31,123 nt of DNA from a virus (Duplodnaviria; Caudoviricetes). Positions within the stretch are counted from its first letter, which is position 1; each line of letters opens with the position of its first letter. Where the stretch lies: IMG/VR virus record IMGVR_UViG_3300025445_000010, positions 1 to 31,123 of that record; one strand, given 5' to 3'. The notes below the pieces were generated by a model. That model saw only the letters and a program-made list of their open reading frames with translations. It was not told the DNA's origin and ran no database searches. Position numbers and translations under genes: made by a program. This document shows positions 1 to 6,758 of this stretch, piece by piece.

Positions 1-1254
1 GCCATACACGAGCCCGTCGCGGGAGACGATCTCGGTCTCGCCCGGCGCGTAGGTGATACCGGCGAGCGCCCGGCCGCCGCAGTCCTGCCGCTGCTCGTCA
101 TACCACGTCGCCGCCTCGACCTTGCGGCCGTGGTGACGCGACTGGCAATATTGATGGCGGTAGATGGCGTTGAAAACCGGGCGGCTGATCTCCTGCCGGG
201 TCGTCAGGTCGAAATAGCCGTCGTCGGACATGACGTAGGCGAAGCGATTGAACCATTGCGTGCGGTCTACACGGGCCGCTTCTTCGCGGTTGACGCGCTC
301 GATCTCTTCTCGCGCCTTGTCGGTGAACTTCTCGTTCGGCTTGATTTTTGAGAGCGCCTCAGACATGACGCCGGCCGTCAGGTCGTCGCGCAGCCCATGC
401 TCGGCTTGCGGGCCGCCGTTGTCGCACACCCATTTCAGGAACTCGGCGCTGTGGATATGTTCGCAGTGACCGTGATAGCAGCAATAGGCGCGCGTCGCGG
501 GCAGATACCGGCCTCCTAGTGTGCCGTCAGTGTGTTCGTGGGCATTTGGGCAAACAACGCCCACCCAACCTGAACTATTAGCTGGTTCAAGGACGTGCCC
601 GTTGTCTGACAGCCATCGCAGGACGCTGTCGTTACCAGTATCCTTGACACGGATCGACGGCGCCGACGCGCTCTCTTCAAACGGCGTAACGCCCAATGCT
701 TCACAGATCTCTTCAAGAGTATACTCCAGCCCTTGATTGAACTCGACGAGTCTCGCCTCGAAAGCGTCCCGCCCAGGCTTCAGATTGACAGAGCCCGGCA
801 GCCGGATGTTGCGCACCGGATTTGTGGCGCCCGGATCAGTGAAGCCCGCCGCGGCGATAGCATTGATGGCGGCGCAGTAGGCGGCCTTGGTTGGCTGCTC
901 GCGGAAGACATAGCCCCACTGATAGTTGCCGGGGCTTGTTTCCATCTTCCATGTTGGTTGCAGATCAGGCGTTTTCGACTTCGTGCCGATGTCGTCCAGC
1001 GGCAGGAACGCGACGTGTTCGATGTTGTCCTTGCCGGCGGAAAAGTTGGCCTTCAGCCGGTCTTCGATAAAGATTCCGGTGTTGACGTAGGTGGCGCCCT
1101 TCAGCGGCTTCGAGCCGGGCCGGAACGCGGGATAGGTGTATTTCGGGCTTCCGTCCGCGTGATACTGCTGCTCACCGTTGCGCATGACGGGCTTTTGTTG
1201 CACGAACAGGAGCGTCTCGCCCTCTTGCGCCAGACCTAAGAGATATTCGATCAT
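1..1254 (-). CDS. RepB-like DNA primase, probably fused to a C-terminal helicase (3' end runs off the window)
   Basis: Not in the ORF track because it has no stop in the window. Manual translation from ATG 1254 is open to base 1: MIEYLLGLAQEGETLLFV...FLPLDDIGTKSK...PTWKMETSPGNYQWGY...RNIRLPGSVNLKPGR, which matches RepB-primase motifs. A Cys/His cluster follows (CPNAHEH...YCCYHGHC). Confidence 0.8.
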   Translation of the reverse strand, partial: MIEYLLGLAQEGETLLFVQQKPVMRNGEQQYHADGSPKYTYPAFRPGSKPLKGATYVNTGIFIEDRLKANFSAGKDNIEHVAFLPLDDIGTKSKTPDLQPTWKMETSPGNYQWGYVFREQPTKAAYCAAINAIAAAGFTDPGATNPVRNIRLPGSVNLKPGRDAFEARLVEFNQGLEYTLEEICEALGVTPFEESASAPSIRVKDTGNDSVLRWLSDNGHVLEPANSSGWVGVVCPNAHEHTDGTLGGRYLPATRAYCCYHGHCEHIHSAEFLKWVCDNGGPQAEHGLRDDLTAGVMSEALSKIKPNEKFTDKAREEIERVNREEAARVDRTQWFNRFAYVMSDDGYFDLTTRQEISRPVFNAIYRHQYCQSRHHGRKVEAATWYDEQRQDCGGRALAGITYAPGETEIVSRDGLVYG

Positions 1255-1261
1255 CGTTTCC

Positions 1262-1960
1262 TCACGCGGCTATGCGATATTCTTTGCGTTGATTATTGAT
1301 CCAGCTCTCATCGGCATTGATGAAGCACGGCTGGATGAAAATCGGCCTGACCTCAGACAGGCCCTTGCCGACGCGCTGGTTGCGGATGTGACCGCGGCGT
1401 AGATGCGGGCGCACGGACGACTGTCCGTCGCCATCCCCGCGTTGCGTCTCGGTGATTTTGCCGATCTTTATGGTCGTGATGTAATCATACTCACGCGGAC
1501 GCTTACGGCTTTTCGGCCCGTGCTTTTTAATCTTCTCTGTTGTCTTCTGAGCGTTTTTGGTGGCCAGCAAAACCATAAGCGACGTAAGCAAGAACATAGA
1601 TATATGTTCCACTTCTTTGATGCAGTCTTCGCGGTTTAGGCCGCCGTCTTTACTGGCCATAGTTGCTATCTGATCTATAGAATAAAATTTATCGCCTAGT
1701 TTAACGCGCTCCCATACGGAACCGTCTTTCATATTATAGGTATATCGAAACGTGAATGTTCTGACCGGAGGGTCCAGGTCTGAAGGAACGCCGATAAAAA
1801 TCATGGTCAGAATTTTTTTGTCTAGCGTAGCTTGTATATCAAACTCATCATAGGGAGGCTTCAACAGATCTAATTCCTTGAGATCCGTCGCGGTATCATA
1901 GACCGCATTAAAACTCAGAGTGTCCCATATACTGTTATGGAATGTGAATAGCTGTTTCAT
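1262..1960 (-). CDS. Hypothetical phage protein, 232 aa, with C-terminal RPHLRRGHIR basic motif
   Basis: ORF track. Start overlaps the HNH stop (ATGA). N-terminal two thirds visibly AT-rich. Confidence 0.75.
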   Translation of the reverse strand: MKQLFTFHNSIWDTLSFNAVYDTATDLKELDLLKPPYDEFDIQATLDKKILTMIFIGVPSDLDPPVRTFTFRYTYNMKDGSVWERVKLGDKFYSIDQIATMASKDGGLNREDCIKEVEHISMFLLTSLMVLLATKNAQKTTEKIKKHGPKSRKRPREYDYITTIKIGKITETQRGDGDGQSSVRPHLRRGHIRNQRVGKGLSEVRPIFIQPCFINADESWINNQRKEYRIAA

Positions 1961-2334
1961 TTCGACACCCGCTTATGTTTTTGATAGTCAAGAGCGTTCT
2001 CTCGTGCGGTCCCATACAAAAGGTTGGATAGATAGTTGTTCGACTTATCCCCGTCCAAATGCCTAATTGCACTGGTTTCTTTTATGACGGGACGCGGGCC
2101 GATAAACGATCGCAAGATAAGTTCGTGGACATACTCAGTTCTTGACGACCCTCGCAGCGACAGCTTTACACACCAATACCCATTCTCCGATTTGAACTGT
2201 TTCAACTCTCTGGCTCTATAACGTGTGCTACCGTGCCTTCCCCAATTCACTACGCGCGCCACAGACCTAATCTGCCCGCGCTCGCTGGCTTCGTAAGCAC
2301 CTTCATATTTCGGTATCTGTAGCCAACTAGCCAT
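1957..2334 (-). CDS. NUMOD4-HNH homing endonuclease, free-standing
   Basis: NUMOD4 motif WLQIPKYEGAYEASERGQIRS and HNH motif VHELILRSF...IRHLDGDKSNNYLSNL...EN. Starts 3 nt after the polymerase stop. Confidence 0.9.
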   Translation of the reverse strand: MASWLQIPKYEGAYEASERGQIRSVARVVNWGRHGSTRYRARELKQFKSENGYWCVKLSLRGSSRTEYVHELILRSFIGPRPVIKETSAIRHLDGDKSNNYLSNLLYGTARENALDYQKHKRVSK

Positions 2335-2337
2335 TCC

Positions 2338-4233
2338 TTACCCTTTCCCGTATCTGTCCATGATGCTGGCTTCTGCGTCCAGCGGTAGCCCCGCGGCCCA
2401 TGCCGGGGGCGTTGTCATAACCTTCTGCAATTCTTCGAGCGCCTCTTCAGGCCGATCAGTCTCAAGAACGATCTCGTCATGAACATGCAGAACCACGTCA
2501 TCAAGACGGCGCAGAGCCTCACGTAGAAGGTCATGGGCGGTCGCCTGTGTGACGTTCTCGCAGGCCAGACCGCGCCACAACCGCGCTCGGGGCCACTCTT
2601 TGGCGTCGGCTGCGGGCTTCCACGCCGCCTTGGCGTAGGTGATCGCATCGTCTTCAAACTTCGCGTAAGGGTAGCAAAGCACGCGGCCGGAAGGCAAAGC
2701 ATACCAAAGATGCTTGCCATCATAAAGGTAAACAATCCGGCCGGCCTGAAACTGCTTGCCCGGATTGCGCACCGCCCGCGTGTAGGCCGACTCCAGTTCT
2801 TCCCAGAACGGCACGGCCCACTCGTTCGCCCGGCGCCATGCGTTGACCATGCGGCGGGCCTCGTCCTCGGGCAGCGTGAGACCGTAGGCGCGGCCCATAG
2901 CGTCGAACGCTCCGACGCCACCACCGAACCCGCAGGCCAGCTCCTGCACCTTGCCGACCTGCCGCTGGTCTTTGGTTACGGCGTCGTAGGTGGTCCTGAA
3001 CGTCTCGGCGGCGTTGACCTTGTAGACATCCAGACCATCGCGGAATTGCTGTAGTTTGGTGTTGTCGCCGCGGCCGGACAGCCACGGGTTGACGCGGCCC
3101 TCGATGGCGGACCAGTCGGCCACGACCAACTTTTTGCCCTCGGCCGGGATCAGAGCGGGCCGCAGCATACCACGCAATACGTCTGTAACGCGCCGCCCAA
3201 AGGCTGGCACGATGGCGTGGCCTCGCACCATTGCATGTCGCACCCGTTCGGGCTCAGCGGCGCATTTGCGCGTGAAATTGTGGACCTGGGCTCCGTAAGA
3301 CGAAGCGCGCCCTGTAGCAGACCCACCAGCGAATACGAAAGCGCCGCGAACGCGAGCGTCATCCCCAGCAAGATTCCAAAGGCGGGCAAATTTCGCAACA
3401 GAAGACGCCCACAGGTCGTCAGCACACTGGATAACTTCTCTGACATCGGGCGGCACCTCCTCCGGGTCTTCGAGCGCCAGCAGATTGGCGCGCACGGTCT
3501 TGTCAATCGATTGCTTTCCGTCCTTGTCCATCAGCTTCAGCGCCTGCGGGCCAAGCCTCGCGGCGACCCACTCGCGCATACGCGGGCTTCTCACCGACTG
3601 AATCTGACCACCTGTGATCTCGCGGACGGTGTCCTGTATCTCCTGAAGCTCTTTATCCGCGTAACCGACCGCCGCGCGGCATAGATCGACATCAACGCGA
3701 ACGCCACGATCATTAATGCGCTCGTTAACATGGTAATCCTCCAGCTCTTCCTCGGTCAGTTCGCGCAGGGACTTGCTGACGGCCCGCATGGTTCGGACGT
3801 CCTGCGCGCAGTATTCGAACAGCTCGGGCAAAAGATCCGTTCTAAAAGGAGGGAGGCAACACTGGCGCACAAGATAAGCGCCGCGATGGTCCTTACGCAT
3901 CGACGAACCCGCAAACCGCCCGGCATCTTCCAGACTCCCCGGCGCACAGTTCGCACGCGCCTGCGCGGCGGTGCAGTAGAAGTTGTTCAGGAACGGCATG
4001 TTCAGCACATGCCAGAAGATCAGCCGCTCGAAGGCGGCGTTGTGCGCCCGAATCTGGTGCGACAGAATATGCCGCGGGAACGGCTGGTCGGGCGTCCAGA
4101 CCTGCACCTCGTCGTCATCGACAGCGTAGGCCATGCAGAGCACCCGCGTTGACGGATGCTTCGCATAGTTATAGACGCCGGCTGTCTTCAGATCGCACTC
4201 GGAGGCAGTCTCGAAATCAGTCCAGACGGTCAT
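2338..4233 (-). CDS. Phage DNA polymerase, family A, with 3'-5' exonuclease domain
   Basis: ExoI DFET, ExoII HNAAFE, ExoIII YCAQD. Motif A VVADWSAIEGR, motif B RQVGKVQELACGFG, motif C HVHDEIV. Confidence 0.95.
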   Translation of the reverse strand: MTVWTDFETASECDLKTAGVYNYAKHPSTRVLCMAYAVDDDEVQVWTPDQPFPRHILSHQIRAHNAAFERLIFWHVLNMPFLNNFYCTAAQARANCAPGSLEDAGRFAGSSMRKDHRGAYLVRQCCLPPFRTDLLPELFEYCAQDVRTMRAVSKSLRELTEEELEDYHVNERINDRGVRVDVDLCRAAVGYADKELQEIQDTVREITGGQIQSVRSPRMREWVAARLGPQALKLMDKDGKQSIDKTVRANLLALEDPEEVPPDVREVIQCADDLWASSVAKFARLWNLAGDDARVRGAFVFAGGSATGRASSYGAQVHNFTRKCAAEPERVRHAMVRGHAIVPAFGRRVTDVLRGMLRPALIPAEGKKLVVADWSAIEGRVNPWLSGRGDNTKLQQFRDGLDVYKVNAAETFRTTYDAVTKDQRQVGKVQELACGFGGGVGAFDAMGRAYGLTLPEDEARRMVNAWRRANEWAVPFWEELESAYTRAVRNPGKQFQAGRIVYLYDGKHLWYALPSGRVLCYPYAKFEDDAITYAKAAWKPAADAKEWPRARLWRGLACENVTQATAHDLLREALRRLDDVVLHVHDEIVLETDRPEEALEELQKVMTTPPAWAAGLPLDAEASIMDRYGKG

Positions 4234-4610
4234 TGGCTCTTGGCCTTGATGCTGCGCATGTAACGGCCAACCGTGTCCTCTGAGATGTTCAGATGCGCCG
4301 CGATCCGCGCGCGGCCGTAGCCCATCTTCATGAGCGCTAACACGTCCTTCTCCCGACGCGACAGCGCGCCTGTCTGCGACTTCAGCAGCACCGGCTCTGT
4401 CCGGTAGAGATGCAGCGCGGTCGTGTGGTCGCGGTTAATGGCGCGGCCAATGACCGGGTAGGACATCTTCAGATCACGACGCGCGCGCTTCACGAACTCC
4501 CGACGCGCCTCGACGATCAGACGTTCGCCAGCGCGGCCGACGACATCCTCCAGCGGCACGCAGCGCGTCTTGCAGACGTCTATAAGCAATGATTTGAGTG
4601 AGGCTCGCAT
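4230..4610 (-). CDS. Double-HTH protein: DnaA C-terminal (domain IV)-like HTH plus LuxR/GerE-type HTH
   Basis: MSYPVIGRAINRDHTTALH resembles the DnaA-IV signature SLxxIGxxFGGRDHTTV. LSRREKDVLALMKMGYGRARIAAHLNISEDTV matches a LuxR HTH. Confidence 0.8.
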   Translation of the reverse strand: MRASLKSLLIDVCKTRCVPLEDVVGRAGERLIVEARREFVKRARRDLKMSYPVIGRAINRDHTTALHLYRTEPVLLKSQTGALSRREKDVLALMKMGYGRARIAAHLNISEDTVGRYMRSIKAKSQ

Positions 4611-4622
4611 TTCTTCCTCCCG

Positions 4623-4650
4623 AGAAGAAGATGGGGGCCGAAGCCCCCAC
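4623..4650 (-). terminator. Probable intrinsic terminator after the ssDNA-binding gene
   Basis: On the minus strand: TGGGGGC-TTCG-GCCCCCA, a C(UUCG)G tetraloop hairpin followed by TCTTCTTCT, a few nt after the stop at 4655. Confidence 0.7.
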
Positions 4651-4654
4651 CTGT

Positions 4655-5323
4655 TTAGCCACGACGACGACGGACGGGTTCACCCTCCGACGGGGACGCA
4701 TTACCTTCGCCCTCCAGAGAGATCCAGTCCTGCACGTTGAACACGGGCGTATAGACGCGCCCATAGCTCTTGTGCTGGTAGTGGTCGTTGGCCAACTTCA
4801 CGAGCGCGACCGGGTGCGCCTGATCCTTCTCGATCTGCTCCGCGACCAGCATGGCGAGGGCGTGCATGGCCTTCTTGCCGCCGACCGACGTTACCGAGTA
4901 GCGCGCCTCGACGCCCTTGTCGTCGCCGTCGACACACTGCACGCTCATGCCGACCTGAGACTCCCACCCGCGCTTGGCCTGCGGGGGCGCAGGCTCCAGC
5001 TCCGGCAGCGGCTCGGTGATCGGCACCATCTTCTCGGACAGCACCTCGCCCTCGCCCCATGCGATATAGCCATGCGTAAACGAGAACGGGTTGACCGCCC
5101 ACAGACCGTCCTTGTCGATTTCTGTCTGATCGGCGCCGTAGACCCAGTGGCCGGTCTTGTCCATCTTGATGATGACCTGACCGTCAGCGCCCGCGACCGC
5201 CTGCGTGTTGTTGCGCAGGGCAGCCGCAAGATCTGTAGCGGCGGGAAGTTTAGCGCTACCAAATGTTATCAACGACAGATACTGTTTTTCCCCATATGAC
5301 AGGGGCTTTTCACCGATAGCCAT
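4655..5323 (-). CDS. Putative single-stranded DNA-binding/annealing protein
   Basis: ORF track with RBS GAGGTG. It lies between the exonuclease and polymerase genes and is followed by a strong hairpin. Function is inferred from position. Confidence 0.65.
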   Translation of the reverse strand: MAIGEKPLSYGEKQYLSLITFGSAKLPAATDLAAALRNNTQAVAGADGQVIIKMDKTGHWVYGADQTEIDKDGLWAVNPFSFTHGYIAWGEGEVLSEKMVPITEPLPELEPAPPQAKRGWESQVGMSVQCVDGDDKGVEARYSVTSVGGKKAMHALAMLVAEQIEKDQAHPVALVKLANDHYQHKSYGRVYTPVFNVQDWISLEGEGNASPSEGEPVRRRRG

Positions 5324-6414
5324 TACTTCACCTCAAGTTTAGAGAAGGCACGACGGATGTCGTTGCCTATGGTCAGAACCGCAGGACGCGGGTCTGATTC
5401 AGGAGCCAGCGTGTTACCGGACGAGACCGCGACGATCAGTCCTTCTGGCATTGTTACCTTGTGCTTCTTCAGCACCTTCTCGACCTGCGCGGGCGAGCGC
5501 ATCTCGATCAACTCTTCCGACGGGACCAGACCCTCCAGCGCCTCCAGCGCCTTCAGCTCGTTGACCCACTGGCGCGTCGGCCGCTTGGGCACCAGCTTGT
5601 AGCCCGGCACCGGAGCGCCCTTGTCCAGCAGATCCTGCGCCAGCGCCCGCACGTCCTTGATCCAGCCCTCCAGCTTGTCGGCCATCGCCAGCGCGTCGGC
5701 CAGTTGCTGCGTGTCCAGCGCCTTGACCTTGGCGGCCAGCGCGCGGTCGACCTCGCCGGTCAGGGCCGGGCAGATCGGCTTGGCGGGGCAGAACCGGCAA
5801 TGCGAGCCGTGGTTGATCGGCGCGTCGGGGCGGAAAGAAAGCTCGACTGCATTGACCAGCGTCCGCTCAAAAGCCTTGATGCGCCCCGGCGTCGTCACCC
5901 AGCGCCTGATAAAAGGCGGCTGGACGATGATAATCTCTATTTCGGTGACGTTCTCAAAGGCCCAGCGCAACTCGGGCGTGCGCATACCGGCTGCGGTGTA
6001 GAACATGCCCTGTTCGTTTTCCTCGGCCTCGACCTGAACGCCGTCGCCGAACTTCCAATCCAGCATGATTGCGCGATTGCGTATGCGCCCAGCGAGATCA
6101 GCACTACCAAAAACTCCGGCAAGAAAACCTCCAAAATGAACGCGCGTCTCGGTAACGAACTCCATCTCCTTGTTGGGGTCGATTTCATCGAGCGCAGCGA
6201 GCGCGAACCGGATCTTGTCTTCCTGCTCGTCTGTCAGGTCTTCAGGAAACGGTTCGCCGGACAGCACGCGGTGCATCACGTCATGCAGCATCGTGCCTTC
6301 TTCAGCATGACGGCCTGCGGGCCGCGGGGGAACCTTGTCGATTAACTGGCGGCTGCCGGGGCAGGCAATGAGTCTCTTGGCGGACGAGCCGCCGACAATC
6401 GTGCTGTGTGCCAT
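5323..6414 (-). CDS. DUF2800 / Cas4-like PD-(D/E)xK exonuclease
   Basis: Start reassigned to ATG 6414 (RBS AGAAAGG). Motifs: SSAKRLIACPGS, EGTMLH, FGSAD, LDWKFG, QGMFY and C-terminal HCRFCPAKPICP. Confidence 0.88.
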   Translation of the reverse strand: MAHSTIVGGSSAKRLIACPGSRQLIDKVPPRPAGRHAEEGTMLHDVMHRVLSGEPFPEDLTDEQEDKIRFALAALDEIDPNKEMEFVTETRVHFGGFLAGVFGSADLAGRIRNRAIMLDWKFGDGVQVEAEENEQGMFYTAAGMRTPELRWAFENVTEIEIIIVQPPFIRRWVTTPGRIKAFERTLVNAVELSFRPDAPINHGSHCRFCPAKPICPALTGEVDRALAAKVKALDTQQLADALAMADKLEGWIKDVRALAQDLLDKGAPVPGYKLVPKRPTRQWVNELKALEALEGLVPSEELIEMRSPAQVEKVLKKHKVTMPEGLIVAVSSGNTLAPESDPRPAVLTIGNDIRRAFSKLEVK

Positions 6415-6476
6415 TACTTGACCTTTCTTGTGAAACGGACCTTGACACATCAATGAATGTTATGCAAGTCATATTT
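6415..6476. promoter_or_regulatory. Divergent control region with two interlocked promoter candidates
   Basis: AT-rich 62 bp between divergent genes. Plus strand: TTGACA(6442-6447)-N17-CAAGTC. Minus strand: TTGCAT(6467-6462)-N17-CAAGGT, preceded by TG. Confidence 0.55.
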
Positions 6477-6758
6477 ATGGAAAAAAATTACGAAGCCTAC
6501 CTTGTCAAAACCGTCGAGGCCCTTGGGGGCAAGGCGTTCAAATTCAACAGCTTAAGCAACAGAGGGGTCAGCGACAGAATCGTGTGCCTGCCGGACGGTA
6601 GCACATGGTTCATCGAGATGAAAACAGAAACCGGGCGGCTGTCCGCCCTCCAGAAAGTGTTCGCCCGGGACATGGCGGCGCTCAACCAGAAGTATGCGTG
6701 CCTCAACTCAAAGGAAGCTGTCGACCGATGGGCCTGCGAACTTACTACAACGAAATAG
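6477..6758 (+). CDS. VRR-NUC domain nuclease (Holliday junction resolvase-like)
   Basis: MEKNYEAYL...GGKAFKF...GVSDRIVCLPDG...FIEMK...GRLSALQ. Start chosen at ATG 6477; 6462 is an alternative. Confidence 0.9.
   Translation: MEKNYEAYLVKTVEALGGKAFKFNSLSNRGVSDRIVCLPDGSTWFIEMKTETGRLSALQKVFARDMAALNQKYACLNSKEAVDRWACELTTTK

Noticed and set aside
1957-2340. Group I intron around either HNH gene (also 21099-21798)
   Set aside because: Polymerase and coat genes end with intact C-termini and stops, and the flanks are too short to hold a ribozyme core.
2415-2924. 169 aa same-strand alternative-frame ORF inside the polymerase (also 5414-5800 and 4701-5102 in other genes)
   Set aside because: Low-complexity Arg/Pro/Gly/Ala translation with no motif. 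Unlike the methyltransferase case, the host genes lack nothing.
5461-6345. Long antisense ORFs (also 733-1239, 4598-5299, 7764-8426, 14360-15124, 28188-28793, 29268-29810)
   Set aside because: They lie opposite well-supported genes, lack recognisable motifs, and are expected shadows of strong G/C third-position bias.
5323-6414. Cas4-like nuclease as evidence of a CRISPR system
   Set aside because: No repeat-spacer array or other cas genes were seen. This family is a usual part of phage replication modules.
6605-6727. ORF-track upstream extensions (6605, 6408, 6453, 9658, 10188, 11866, 16007, 20043, 30766)
   Set aside because: Downstream starts fit RBS placement, stop-start coupling or family N-termini better.
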